Assembly (NCBI GenBank): GCA_051866635.1
Contig: JBJDXJ010000001.1
Location: 1-64,000 of the forward strand
Direction: 5' to 3'
Length of the DNA stretch: 64,000 bases
Source of the DNA: Clostridia bacterium
GTDB taxonomy: Bacteria > Bacillota > Clostridia > UMGS1883
Shown: piece by piece, positions 39,879-50,382 of the stretch
Layout of the letters: each line of letters opens with the position of its first letter
Position numbering within the stretch: the stretch's first letter is position 1
Position numbers and translations under genes: made by a program
Notes under the pieces: generated by a model
Databases searched by the model: none
What the model saw: only the letters and a program-made list of their open reading frames with translations
Told to the model about the DNA's origin: nothing

Positions 39879-42800
39879 TCAATACTGGAAGGACCTGATG
39901 TACTTGCAACGGAGACCATCGTTCCAAACCATAGTGTCGTCAGGCTCTTCTTCCCAGCCGCCTATACCTGTATTGAGGATAAGACGCATATTTTTCTGGA
40001 AAGTGATTGTGTCGTGATTACTGCCACGCTGGAAAAGCGTGCCGTCCACATAGAATTTGACATAGTCATAGCCCCAGTCAAGGGCAAAAGTATGATAAGA
40101 TGTCGCAACATTAATACTGCTGTTTGTCTGCTTACCGAAAAGATTGTTTGTGTCATTCTCACCGTGTATAGCGGTGTGCCATGCATTATGACCGTACTTT
40201 GAGGAAAGGGTTTCAAAAATATCAATTTCAGGGGGCCATGAATCCCGTCCCGTAAGCCAGAAGGCGTTCCAGTAACCGATGGGGCTGTTGGGCTGTTTAA
40301 AGCTACCCTCAAGATAGCACTGCTTATTGTATACTTTGTTTTGTATACTTACAACGCCAACATAACCCTTCCATTTCACCCAGTCGGTTCTGCCGAAATC
40401 GCCGTTGTACTGTTTACCGGTTTCACCGGATGTATCTGTGGGCCACGCATTTGATGCAATTTGTGTAGCCTTTAAAAGCAGCTCGCCGTTTTCCACAATT
40501 ACATTATTTTTTGTGATAAGAGCTGAGAAATTATAAGAATCGTTTGTGGGATTGTTGCTCTTCCAGGGGTAATTTGTCCACCACTGTGAGGAAATTGAAT
40601 TTCCGTAGAAGTTGTCGCACACATACGCACTTGCTTCACTTCTCAAATAGAAGGTTGCCTGTGCCGCCGCCGAAATTGTTGATGGCTTCACAGTGCCGGT
40701 TATATAATCGCTTGTTGTATCGTAAAGATACTTATCCTCCATGGCACTTCCAGCGGAGTTTGGTGCCTGTAAATATGTGCGGTATTTATATGTTTTGCCC
40801 GTATAATATCCCACGTTATCAGTTGTTTCCTTGTAGAAGGTGGCTTTTGCGTAGAAACTGCCCGTGTTTTCCAGCTTCTTCAAATAGAAAGCATCACCCA
40901 TTTCTGCTACAACAAAATACCCCGGCATAGACACAGACTCTAATGACACACCTGTACCGATAAGTCCGCGTCTTTCAACAAAGCGTGTAAGGGCAGGATT
41001 TTTATCTGCCGCAACGGAAAGAGTGGCGTTTCCTCCGTTGTGATAGAAATATCTGCCGTAATAGTCACCGCTTGTTGTGGGATAAGTTGAAAGGCGTGTC
41101 GCTTCCAGACGTATAATTCCATTTACGGGATCATCGCCCGTCAAAGTGTTGCTTTCGCTTTCCACTTGACGTAAATTTATGTTTGAAACCGTCATCTGAA
41201 CCTTTTCTGCCGCACCTGTATTAAACACCAAAGTGTTTGCCGTAAGCCCTGTCCATGCACTGTTTCTTGTAAGCTCATCATCGCAATAGGAAAAGTTCAC
41301 AAGCTGTGTTTCCGTCACGGAGCTGTCAGATACGGTCACATAACAACGCCTTTTCAGCGGTGAAACAAGAAGGGAAAACTTAAGTGTTTCATCTTTTTTG
41401 AAGGTATTTTCAAAAAGACTTACGCTATCGCCCTCGTTAAAATAGTTTGACAATATTTGATTAATCTTAACATTGTTTCCGCTGTTCTCAAACCTTAACT
41501 GTATAGCCGCATAGTTATTTAAATCTGCTCCGCCTGTGATAATGCCGTCCGTTACGGAAATTCCGCTACCTGTGGCATCTGTGGAAGTGCCCGAGATTGA
41601 TGAAGGTATTGTGAGATCAAAGCTTAATTCAAAATCGCCCCGTCCTTCGGGAAGGTCAAGTGTTTTTTGAGCCAATACACCGCCTGCACCTCCGGGACCT
41701 TCCTCTCCTCCGTAAATTTCAATCTCACTTACTCTTATCCACCCGTTGTTAGAGGAATCTGTTCTCGCATAAATTGTATATCTTACGTATCTTGCAGAAA
41801 CATTGTCCACGGAAACAGTCTGAATGCTGTTTGTGGACTGTGCCGTCCTTTTTGAAATTACTGTTGTGTAGCTGTCTCCGTCCTCGGAAACCTCAACAGA
41901 ATAATTATATGTTCTGCTTGCGCCTAAGTCAAAACCTATACCTATAGTGGAAACTGTATATTTTGCTCCCAAATCTGCAACAAGTGTTGCCGGAGCCGCA
42001 TCCGTAACACCCGATGCTGTCCATATTGTGCTTGTATTGCCATCTATTGTGTTGGAGGGCTTATTTGCACTCTCCGGTGTCTGCGATGCACTAACACTTG
42101 TAATTGTAAGTTTTTCCCCTGTTGTATCACCTGTACGGTCCATATTGTCGTAAAGGAGCAGACCATCAGAGCTGCTTACGGCATAAAGGGCTGAACCTAA
42201 GGTTGGAGTGGAACCTGTTGTTGTCATTTCATCCATGGCACTTATCTGCCAGTTATCGTCTGCTTCGGCATTATTCATAAGCATTTCGCCCAAAGTGTCG
42301 TCAAAGCCGTACGCCTCAATTTCTTTAATGCCCGTTATGCTTCCGCTATTTACGCCGTTAATTGTTATACGAATATATCTCGCCTTTACTGTAGCAACGT
42401 CAAAATACTGTAAACTATTCGTTTTTGTACTCGTCTGACTGTCTAAAAGTGTTTTAAAATTCTCTCCGTCCTCTGAAACAGAAACTGAGAATATGTACTC
42501 TTTACTGCTACCTCCGTCAAAAGCAATTCCCACACGTGAAAGAATATTGTTTTCGCCTAAATATGCAGTGATACTTTCATCAGATCCTGTAACAGCCCAT
42601 TTTGTGCTTGTACTGCCGTCAAAAGCATTTCCCGCAGGAGATGACGTTGTTTCAACATTAGACGCCCATGCGTCGGAGCTTTCTACATCAAGCTTTTCGC
42701 CGTATAAGCTGTCAACCAAAGTACAGCTTTCGCTTGACATCGACAAAACAGGCTGCATTGAACTGTTCCACACAAAAATCTGTGCCTCGCCTTGCGATAT

Positions 42801-43085
42801 GTCTGCTGTGTATACACCATAGACAGTGGAATTTGCCTCTACGGTGACAACGTATTTATCAAGGTTTTTAAATGATTCATCCGCTTCAAAGGTGGCAAGG
42901 TAAACTACCGCCTCTGCACTCTCTGCACTCAAATTTTCCAACTTGACGGAAAAAGCAACGTCGCTTTCCGTCCTTCTGCCTGAAATTTCCACATTAATGT
43001 CATTTGCCGCCGCAGGTATTACGAGAGTTGAAATTATTAAAATCGAACACAATATAACTGCCAATACCTTTTTCAATTCACCCAT
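39879..43085 (-). CDS. Secreted GH16 glycoside hydrolase with two F5/8 (CBM32) domains and an AbfB/CBM42 domain
   Basis: WNAFWL..WPPEIDIFE catalytic motif, YHTFALDW; NAFDGSTSTKW and NTIDGNTSTIW CBM32 starts; GLIGTGVSLESVSMPGYF. Confidence 0.87.
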   Translation of the reverse strand: MGELKKVLAVILCSILIISTLVIPAAANDINVEISGRRTESDVAFSVKLENLSAESAEAVVYLATFEADESFKNLDKYVVTVEANSTVYGVYTADISQGEAQIFVWNSSMQPVLSMSSESCTLVDSLYGEKLDVESSDAWASNVETTSSPAGNAFDGSTSTKWAVTGSDESITAYLGENNILSRVGIAFDGGSSKEYIFSVSVSEDGENFKTLLDSQTSTKTNSLQYFDVATVKARYIRITINGVNSGSITGIKEIEAYGFDDTLGEMLMNNAEADDNWQISAMDEMTTTGSTPTLGSALYAVSSSDGLLLYDNMDRTGDTTGEKLTITSVSASQTPESANKPSNTIDGNTSTIWTASGVTDAAPATLVADLGAKYTVSTIGIGFDLGASRTYNYSVEVSEDGDSYTTVISKRTAQSTNSIQTVSVDNVSARYVRYTIYARTDSSNNGWIRVSEIEIYGGEEGPGGAGGVLAQKTLDLPEGRGDFELSFDLTIPSSISGTSTDATGSGISVTDGIITGGADLNNYAAIQLRFENSGNNVKINQILSNYFNEGDSVSLFENTFKKDETLKFSLLVSPLKRRCYVTVSDSSVTETQLVNFSYCDDELTRNSAWTGLTANTLVFNTGAAEKVQMTVSNINLRQVESESNTLTGDDPVNGIIRLEATRLSTYPTTSGDYYGRYFYHNGGNATLSVAADKNPALTRFVERRGLIGTGVSLESVSMPGYFVVAEMGDAFYLKKLENTGSFYAKATFYKETTDNVGYYTGKTYKYRTYLQAPNSAGSAMEDKYLYDTTSDYITGTVKPSTISAAAQATFYLRSEASAYVCDNFYGNSISSQWWTNYPWKSNNPTNDSYNFSALITKNNVIVENGELLLKATQIASNAWPTDTSGETGKQYNGDFGRTDWVKWKGYVGVVSIQNKVYNKQCYLEGSFKQPNSPIGYWNAFWLTGRDSWPPEIDIFETLSSKYGHNAWHTAIHGENDTNNLFGKQTNSSINVATSYHTFALDWGYDYVKFYVDGTLFQRGSNHDTITFQKNMRLILNTGIGGWEEEPDDTMVWNDGLRCKYIRSFQY

Positions 43086-43284
43086 CGCCTTTCTCACTTA
43101 TTAGTCATTTGCCATATATTATGCAGACAAAATATACTTGGTTATATTTTACACCCTTTTTTCCACTATTGTCAAATTTTTTTTAATTTATTTTTTAATG
43201 CTATAATGTAAAAGAATGAGTCCGTTATAATATCGAACTCATTCTTGAAATTTAATATTTAATTTTATGTTTTCACCATTTTAA

Positions 43285-44709
43285 TTATACAACCATGAAA
43301 AACTTCAGAAGGAACAAAGCAGAAATAACATATGTTAAAACCGATACATCCTTAGCTTTGCCCGAGAATACCTTTATGACAGTGTATGAAATAAGTGCCA
43401 TACCGATTGCGTGACCTATGGAACCCGAAACAGGCATTGCAATAAGCATAATTGCCGCAGGAACAGTCTGGTCCATATCGTTCCAGTCAATATTCTTTAA
43501 ACCTGAAATCATAAGAATACCAACGTAAATAAGTGCGGATGATGTAGCCGCCGCCGGAATAAGTGCCGCAACAGGTGCAATAAAGATGCATGCAAGGAAT
43601 AAAACACCTGTTGTAAGTGCTGTGAGTCCTGTCCTTCCCCCTGCTTCTATACCTGATGCAGATTCAACAAAGGTTGTAACTGTTGATGTACCTGTACAAG
43701 CACCAACCGTTGTGCCGATGGCGTCAGAAAGAAGTGCTTCTTTCATGTTGGGCATTTTACCGTCCTTATCAACCATACCGCCACGTGATGCCGCACCTAC
43801 CAAAGTGCCGATTGTGTCAAACATATCTATCATGCAGAAAGTGATAATAAGTGTAATAACTGTAAACCAGCCTGTTTGAAGAAGTACACCAAAATTGAAT
43901 TTAAAGAATGTTGTTTCCACCATATCTGCAAAGGGCGGTACAAATGTTGCTGTTGCAAGGCTTGCAAAGGGATTAATTCCGAAAAAGATTGCTTCCCCTG
44001 CCCAATAGATAACACTTGCACCAATCATGCCTATAAGAACACTGCCTTTTACCTTCTTTTTGTCAAGTATAACCATGATAAAAAGGCCAACGAACATTGT
44101 TACAACAGTAAGAACCATTGCTCCGTACGCTTCACCCATGCTATTTCTTATAACAGAAGGTGTAAGTGCACCGAAGAAATCCTTCAAGGCGTAAAATGCC
44201 GTACCTTCGGAATTATAAACACCGGCATTTGAACCAAGACCGATATTCATCAACATAATACCTATTGCAGGTGCAATACCTGTACGCACGCCTAAGGGAA
44301 TTGCTTCAACGATTTTTTCACGTACTGAAAGTGCAGACAAAATTATAAACACAATGCCTTCAATCAGAATAATACACAATGCCGCCTGAAATGATACAAG
44401 ATAGCTTGTCCCCGTCATTGCCGCAATGTTTGCAACAACAACTGCAAAAAAGCTGTTAAGACCCATACCCGGTGCCAGTGCAAAAGGCTTATTTGCAAGA
44501 AATGCCATAGCAAACATGGCAATTGCAGAAGCAATACAGGTTGCCATAAAAACACCATTCCACAGTTCTTGCCCGTTTGCACCGAAACCTGTCAGCAAAT
44601 TGGGATTAAGGGCAATGATATACGCCATAGTCATAAATGTTGTAATACCGGCTACAATCTCGGTTGCAACATTCGTGCCATTTTCCTTCAATTTGAACAG
44701 TTTGTTCAT
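43285..44709 (-). CDS. NCS2 family (AzgA-type) purine permease
   Basis: TEIVAGITTFMTMAYI, LAPGMGLN, DMFDTIGT, FVESASGIEAGGRTGLT. Confidence 0.92.
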   Translation of the reverse strand: MNKLFKLKENGTNVATEIVAGITTFMTMAYIIALNPNLLTGFGANGQELWNGVFMATCIASAIAMFAMAFLANKPFALAPGMGLNSFFAVVVANIAAMTGTSYLVSFQAALCIILIEGIVFIILSALSVREKIVEAIPLGVRTGIAPAIGIMLMNIGLGSNAGVYNSEGTAFYALKDFFGALTPSVIRNSMGEAYGAMVLTVVTMFVGLFIMVILDKKKVKGSVLIGMIGASVIYWAGEAIFFGINPFASLATATFVPPFADMVETTFFKFNFGVLLQTGWFTVITLIITFCMIDMFDTIGTLVGAASRGGMVDKDGKMPNMKEALLSDAIGTTVGACTGTSTVTTFVESASGIEAGGRTGLTALTTGVLFLACIFIAPVAALIPAAATSSALIYVGILMISGLKNIDWNDMDQTVPAAIMLIAMPVSGSIGHAIGMALISYTVIKVFSGKAKDVSVLTYVISALFLLKFFMVV

Positions 44710-44810
44710 TTTCTCTTCCTCCGTCTAAGTTTATTTTATACATTATCTGTACAGTTTAAGTTTATTTCATTTCAAAAGTTTTGTCAAGGTATATTTGCCT
44801 TTCCAAAGCC

Positions 44811-44848
44811 ACAAATAAGGGCGTTGCTTTCGCAACGCCCTTATTTGT
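44811..44848 (-). terminator. Intrinsic terminator
   Basis: ACAAATAAGGGCGTTGC/GCAACGCCCTTATTTGT stem. Confidence 0.8.
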
Positions 44849-46336
44849 TTAGTTATGAGCTTTTGACTTTTTGTAGAAGAAAAGTAATATTGCAACAAGT
44901 AACACAACGCCTACTGCAAGACTTAACACAAGACTTTGAGTAAAGCCAGCAAATATATATGCCACACACGAACATGCCGCTACTAAAAGCACATAGGGAA
45001 GCTGTGTTGAAACGTGGTCAATATGGTCACACCGTGCACCTGTGGATGCAAGGATTGTTGTATCTGAAATAGGTGAACAGTGGTCACCGCATACAGCACC
45101 TGCCAGAGAAGCAGAAACCGTGATTGCCAATAGTGTTGAATCAACGCCGCCGAAGACGGAAATGATAATAGGTATAAGAATACCGAAAGTACCCCATGAT
45201 GTACCTGTTGCAAAAGCAAGACCCAAAGCAACAAGGAAGAATATAACAGGAAGGATTGCCATGCTTACATGGTATGTCTGTACAACTCCTGCCACAAATC
45301 CGCCCGCATCAAGGAAGTCTGCATCACAGATACCGCTAAGTGTCCAAGCAAGAGTAAGAATCATAATAGCCGGAACCATAGCCTTGAAGCCATCTGTCAA
45401 GCTTTCTGAAAATTCCTTAAAGGAAACAACCTTACGGGGAAGATACAAAATAAAAGTAAAAATTATTGTAACAAATGAGCCTAATGCCAAAGAAAGTGCT
45501 GATGAACAGTCAGCGAAAGCCGCAACAATGCCAACACCGTCAAAAATGCCGCCTGTATAAAGCATGAAGAAAATACAAGAAACAATTAAAAATGCAATGG
45601 GAAGTATAAGGTCAAGTACCTTTCCCTTTATGTTGCTCTCTTCTTCAGCTTCTCTTGTAACAACGGGATTTTCCTTATTGTACTTTGCCATTTTGCCAAA
45701 GTCAAAATTCAATATCATAATCACAAGAAGCATCACAATTGTTAACAGTGCATAGAAGTTAAATGGTATTGTACGAAGGAAAAGTGAAAAGCCGTCAATT
45801 GCTGACTCTTCGGGAAGTGATGAACCTACTGCCGCCGCCCAGGAGGAAATAGGTGCAATAATACAAATAGGAGCCGCTGTTGCGTCAATAATATACGCAA
45901 GCTTTGCTCTTGTAATCTTGTAACGGTCTGTTACAGGTGTCATTACAGTACCTACTGTAAGACAGTTAAAATAGTCGTCAACAAAGATTAACGCACCGAG
46001 TGCACTCGTTGCTAAAAGTGCACCTCTCTTTGACTTAATGGACCTTGACGCCCATTTACCGTAAGCCGCAGATGCACCTGAACGGCTCATCAGACTTACC
46101 AAAACACCTAAAAATACAAGGAAAATAACAATATTGATATTGCCTCCTACCTTTTCGCCCATAATTGCAAAAATCGTTTCCAAGGAACTGATAATGTTGC
46201 AATTAGTATACAAAAGTGCTCCGGCAAAAATGCCTATAAACAAAGAAGTGTAAACTTCCTTTGTCAAAAGAGCAAGGGCAATAGCAATAATCGGCGGTAA
46301 TATCGCCAAAAATGTACCTACTGCTGAAAATTCCAT
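44849..46336 (-). CDS. Na+/H+ antiporter NhaC family transporter
   Basis: IFVDDYFN, IDATAAP, ISSW, FATGTSWGTF, GDHCSPISDTT. Confidence 0.9.
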   Translation of the reverse strand: MEFSAVGTFLAILPPIIAIALALLTKEVYTSLFIGIFAGALLYTNCNIISSLETIFAIMGEKVGGNINIVIFLVFLGVLVSLMSRSGASAAYGKWASRSIKSKRGALLATSALGALIFVDDYFNCLTVGTVMTPVTDRYKITRAKLAYIIDATAAPICIIAPISSWAAAVGSSLPEESAIDGFSLFLRTIPFNFYALLTIVMLLVIMILNFDFGKMAKYNKENPVVTREAEEESNIKGKVLDLILPIAFLIVSCIFFMLYTGGIFDGVGIVAAFADCSSALSLALGSFVTIIFTFILYLPRKVVSFKEFSESLTDGFKAMVPAIMILTLAWTLSGICDADFLDAGGFVAGVVQTYHVSMAILPVIFFLVALGLAFATGTSWGTFGILIPIIISVFGGVDSTLLAITVSASLAGAVCGDHCSPISDTTILASTGARCDHIDHVSTQLPYVLLVAACSCVAYIFAGFTQSLVLSLAVGVVLLVAILLFFYKKSKAHN

Positions 46337-46368
46337 TTTCTTAACTCCTTTTAAAGTAATTTTACTTA

Positions 46369-46397
46369 ATTATACATAACTTGACATATTTAGTCAA
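46369..46397 (-). promoter_or_regulatory. Sigma-A promoter of the NhaC-family gene
   Basis: TTGACT-N17-TATAAT; the -35 lies within the palindrome AACTTGAC-N7-GTCAAGTT. Confidence 0.55.
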
Positions 46398-46496
46398 GTT
46401 TTTTAAATATCTTTTGTTATTAGTTTTGCAAAATAAAAATCAGACCCCCGACATAAGATTTATAAATCTCAATTGGAGGTCTGTTCATTTTACTTA

Positions 46497-46718
46497 TCAT
46501 TCCTTATTTCTTAAAATCTTTATAAAGCCTGCCATAAGAGGAATATATGTAACAACAAAAACGATGCCCGCTATAATAAGTGCCTGTATTTTTACAGTAT
46601 CGGGCAACAAAACGCCTATAATTACTCCTATCGCACACACACAGCATTTCACAAGAGCAAATTCCTTCCATGTACTTTTCTTTGCATACTTATTTGCATA
46701 ATCAAACAATTTTTTCAT
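46497..46718 (-). CDS. Small two-TM membrane protein
   Basis: Two hydrophobic helices; RBS GGGGGA; hairpin at 46441-46482 follows. Confidence 0.7.
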   Translation of the reverse strand: MKKLFDYANKYAKKSTWKEFALVKCCVCAIGVIIGVLLPDTVKIQALIIAGIVFVVTYIPLMAGFIKILRNKE

Positions 46719-46745
46719 ATTAATCCCCCATTATTTTGTTATTTA

Positions 46746-47345
46746 TCAGATGAGTTTTTCTATCCAACAATCTAAAAATGCGAGCTGTTCTTTCGTGTGG
46801 AACCAGTGTTCCCCGTCTTTCATAACTGTCAACGACGAATTTGTATTTTTATGAAAGGCAGAAATCGTTTCGTAAGAAGTTAAGTTGTCCTTTTCTCCGT
46901 ATAAAATATGGGTAGGGATGTTCCAACAAATTTGGTGTTCCCGAACATAACAGAGATATTCCCACGATAATGTTTCACCAAAAGCTGTTGCAATTTCCTT
47001 TTTTTCTGAAAGCTCTTTTTCTGTAACGTTTGCCCACATCATCATATCTAAAATAAGTTTTTCCATATTTACAATTGGCGATATGAAAAATGCTTTTTCA
47101 ATTTTCTTTTCATAAAGGGCGTTCATAGTGAAAAATGCACCGATACTGTTGGCAATAACTATAACAGAATCATAATGAGCCATAAGTCTTTCGTATTCAC
47201 AGGCAAACTCGTCCTTCGTTTCCCATGGCGTAGAAAACTTATAGTCCAAGCCAAATATATCATATCCCTGACAAGTTTTTTTGTAACGCTCCGCCTCGTC
47301 CGCACTTCCGCCTTTTCCGTGAATATATAAAATTACTTTTTTCAA
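46746..47345 (-). CDS. Alpha/beta hydrolase
   Basis: IHGKGG, ANSIG nucleophile elbow, GEKD, GEHWFH. Confidence 0.85.
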   Translation of the reverse strand: MKKVILYIHGKGGSADEAERYKKTCQGYDIFGLDYKFSTPWETKDEFACEYERLMAHYDSVIVIANSIGAFFTMNALYEKKIEKAFFISPIVNMEKLILDMMMWANVTEKELSEKKEIATAFGETLSWEYLCYVREHQICWNIPTHILYGEKDNLTSYETISAFHKNTNSSLTVMKDGEHWFHTKEQLAFLDCWIEKLI

Positions 47346-47373
47346 ATCAGTTTCCTCCGAAATTTCTGTCTTG

Positions 47374-48006
47374 TTATGCCTTTTTGATAGGATGCCTTAT
47401 AACTGTTTTTCTCTTTTCGGGAGCAGTTTTTCTTGCATCTGACAGATAGATTTCGTGGTGCAACCTACTGTCACTAATATCGTTTACATATCCGTTCTCT
47501 TCTAAGTAGTCATCCATCAATGCAACTGTTTCAGGCTCATCATCATAGGGACCAACATGCATGATTTGAACACATAAGCCTTCATCAACAGTTAAATATT
47601 CTGCCGGTGAACAGTCCAGTTTTTTCTTTTTAGTTGCCGTTTCCACTGCCCAATCAAAATCCTCTTTCGAAACAAATTCAGGCAAACGAATGACACTAAT
47701 CCAGTTAAAAGTGGATTTATCGGTATAATCCACACCCTCAACATCATCTTGCCACCAAAACCCTTCAAGTGGCGGCACCACATACTCAAAAAATCCTTCT
47801 ATCTTGTAATCTGTCTTATAACTCATTTTCAAGGTATATGCCACCGCATACAGAATACTGATAGCCTGACTGTACAATCCCCCTTCTTCATTTGGGTCCC
47901 CTTTGCCCCTGACAGCAATATAATTTGCTTTCGGAACATTTACAATTTCAGGTTTGTTTTTTGGCATATAGAATTCTTTATATTCCTTCTTAAAATCAAA
48001 AGCCAT
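47374..48006 (-). CDS. GyrI-like small-molecule-binding protein
   Basis: GKGDPN, VVPPLEGFWW, QIMHVGPYDDE, HHEIYLSD. Confidence 0.88.
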   Translation of the reverse strand: MAFDFKKEYKEFYMPKNKPEIVNVPKANYIAVRGKGDPNEEGGLYSQAISILYAVAYTLKMSYKTDYKIEGFFEYVVPPLEGFWWQDDVEGVDYTDKSTFNWISVIRLPEFVSKEDFDWAVETATKKKKLDCSPAEYLTVDEGLCVQIMHVGPYDDEPETVALMDDYLEENGYVNDISDSRLHHEIYLSDARKTAPEKRKTVIRHPIKKA

Positions 48007-48060
48007 ACTAATTTCCCCCTTATCCCATACTTTCCGAAAATTCCTGCATATATAGTTTTA

Positions 48061-48582
48061 TTATAAATCAATATTTATCTCATACTTATCATCAATAAGC
48101 AGATACTTTAAATTGTGCTTTTGGGCAAGCTCTAAAAACTGTGCATTATCTTCTAAAACGCTTTCCAAAGTACACCATTCATCATCCAATCGATTTTCAA
48201 TTACACTTGCATACTTCTTTATATCGTTGAAATGATTTTTAATATATTTTTCACTCATAACAAGGCAATAGTATCTGATGTTATCAAGGTATTCTTTTTC
48301 AAAGTCCTTTTCAAAGTCAAAAGGTATATAACACCCTTCAATAATAAGGTTTTGTTTGTTCTCTATGGCAGTTTTAATCATTTCACGTACAACAGGCCAT
48401 AAATAATCTGTAAGTGCATCATCATCCTGCACTGTCAGCTTGGTGTATCCGCTGCGAATTAAGCCCATCTTCAAATGGTCTATTGATAAATACGGGTATT
48501 TATATTTTTCAAGTAATTTTTGGGCAAGTGCAGTCTTTCCAGTATGCGATGCCCCTGTAATCAAAATAATCATTGTTATCAT
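48061..48582 (-). CDS. P-loop kinase-like protein
   Basis: GASHTGKT Walker A; SIDHLKMGLIRS; IIEG. Confidence 0.8.
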   Translation of the reverse strand: MITMIILITGASHTGKTALAQKLLEKYKYPYLSIDHLKMGLIRSGYTKLTVQDDDALTDYLWPVVREMIKTAIENKQNLIIEGCYIPFDFEKDFEKEYLDNIRYYCLVMSEKYIKNHFNDIKKYASVIENRLDDEWCTLESVLEDNAQFLELAQKHNLKYLLIDDKYEINIDL

Positions 48583-48612
48583 CCTTTTACAAATTGCGAT
48601 TTTTCAATCAGC

Positions 48613-49452
48613 TTAACTCACAGATAATTTTTCAATTGTGTAAACCTTCTCTATTAAATCTTCAATCAATCGGTTTACTTTGTCAGGCTCATCTGTGTTT
48701 GAATTGTGCCCGGCACCTTTAATCCATTCTAACTCAATTAAGGTATCTTTATGCCACGCTTTATTATACCGAATGCAGGAACCGGCATGGTCCTTTTCCC
48801 CGCAAATTAGTAATGCAGGGCATTTAATGGTATAAGGCAAGTCCTTTTCCATTGCTTCTGCAATTATGGAAAACCCGTGTCCTGCTATGCGTGCATAGCG
48901 TTTTTTATCTTCGTTATATACCATCATCATGTCTCTCATCAGCCCTCTTCCGTATTCTGATGTTGAAACTCCTTTTGTTCCATGTCTCAAAAGTAGTTTC
49001 CAAGGATAGCGATAATAGACACCTTCCATTCTTTTTAAAAGCCAAAGCTCGATTGCTGTAACATATTTTCTTTGAAGAGGTGCTGAATCAATAGATACAA
49101 ATCCCTTTAACTTATCCGGGAAAAGCTGGGCATAAGCCTGAGCTACATATCCGCCCATGGATTGACCCACAATCACAGGATATTTGATGTTTTCCCTGTC
49201 AAAAATTTCATCCAGCCACCGAGCCTTATCCATCAAGGTAAAATCAAAAGCAAAAGGCCATGATAAGCCGTGAGCGGGTGCATCCCAAACGAGAACATTA
49301 TATTTACCTTCAAAATATGATATCTGTTTGTCAAATAACCTATGGTCTGCCGTCAGCCCGGGAAGAAAAATAATTGTGATAGAATTTACATTCACCATAT
49401 TAACCCAATAATGAATAATGCCCAAAGGAGTGTTATATGTTTTTTCTTGCAT
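48613..49452 (-). CDS. Alpha/beta hydrolase
   Basis: FLPGL, WDAPAHG, GQSMGG, GEKD, AGHNSN. Confidence 0.88.
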   Translation of the reverse strand: MQEKTYNTPLGIIHYWVNMVNVNSITIIFLPGLTADHRLFDKQISYFEGKYNVLVWDAPAHGLSWPFAFDFTLMDKARWLDEIFDRENIKYPVIVGQSMGGYVAQAYAQLFPDKLKGFVSIDSAPLQRKYVTAIELWLLKRMEGVYYRYPWKLLLRHGTKGVSTSEYGRGLMRDMMMVYNEDKKRYARIAGHGFSIIAEAMEKDLPYTIKCPALLICGEKDHAGSCIRYNKAWHKDTLIELEWIKGAGHNSNTDEPDKVNRLIEDLIEKVYTIEKLSVS

Positions 49453-49514
49453 CTGAAACACCTCTGCAAATCAGGATTTATACTTTTCTTTTTCACTTTC
49501 TTGTAATACGCAAT

Positions 49515-50378
49515 TCATTTTAAGGGGAAACAAATATCAATTTCCATATACCCGTCATCTCTCACGTTTTTGTATATATCGAATATGGCTCTTGTATCAA
49601 GCCTATTTCCTGTTTTTGAAAGCCACCTGCAAAATACCTCCTGATACACCATAAACAGAAACTGCGGAAACCCTTTGAAATGGTAAATTGCATACTTACC
49701 CCCTTCAAAGGTATGAGTCAGAATATCGCTACCTTCTTTAAGTGCCACGTGATCGGGAGAAATTGTCTGACATAATTCGTACATACAATTGTCCTCATCC
49801 GTAATTGACGGGTCATCAATTGTAGATTCAATATAAATTGTATCATCGGAAGAAAGGTGTTTATACTTTTTAATAAACTTGCACCATTCTTCCGCCATAT
49901 TATGATAATTGCCTTTTTTCCGCTCATAGATAACCAAAAAACTGTCAAGATGTTCAACGGTGATAAGGTCTTCTGATTTCTCCAATTGGTCAATTGATAT
50001 CCCGTGCGAAAAAGAACTTTCCTCAACCATTCGCTCGCTTATCTTTCTGAAATCTGCCGGAGTCACGTTAAGATGCTTCTTAAATGCCGTTGCAAAGTTT
50101 GACGAGGAATATCCACAGTCCACACCGATTTCCGATATATTTTTATCCTTCTCAACTTTAAGTCTCCATGCACTTCTTTCAAGGCGTATGCGTTTAATAA
50201 ACTGATACAAGGCTTCATCTGTGTCCTCTTTAAACATTCGCATAAGATGATACTTTGAATAACAGCAATGTTTTGCCACATCATCTACGGTAATATCTTT
50301 TTCTATGTTGTCAAAGATATAGTTAATTGCTTTATTGATAACTGCACTTCGGATAGTGGTATTGCTTTTTTCCTCCAC
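49515..50378 (-). CDS. AraC family regulator with a GyrI-like effector domain
   Basis: N-terminal AraC double HTH; DDP and GGKYA in the C-terminal domain. Confidence 0.88.
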   Translation of the reverse strand: MEEKSNTTIRSAVINKAINYIFDNIEKDITVDDVAKHCCYSKYHLMRMFKEDTDEALYQFIKRIRLERSAWRLKVEKDKNISEIGVDCGYSSSNFATAFKKHLNVTPADFRKISERMVEESSFSHGISIDQLEKSEDLITVEHLDSFLVIYERKKGNYHNMAEEWCKFIKKYKHLSSDDTIYIESTIDDPSITDEDNCMYELCQTISPDHVALKEGSDILTHTFEGGKYAIYHFKGFPQFLFMVYQEVFCRWLSKTGNRLDTRAIFDIYKNVRDDGYMEIDICFPLK

Positions 50379-50382
50379 TATA

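Noticed and set aside
44710-44810. Purine riboswitch upstream of the NCS2 permease
   Set aside because: The leader is short and lacks the conserved aptamer core (UCUAC junction, paired loops).
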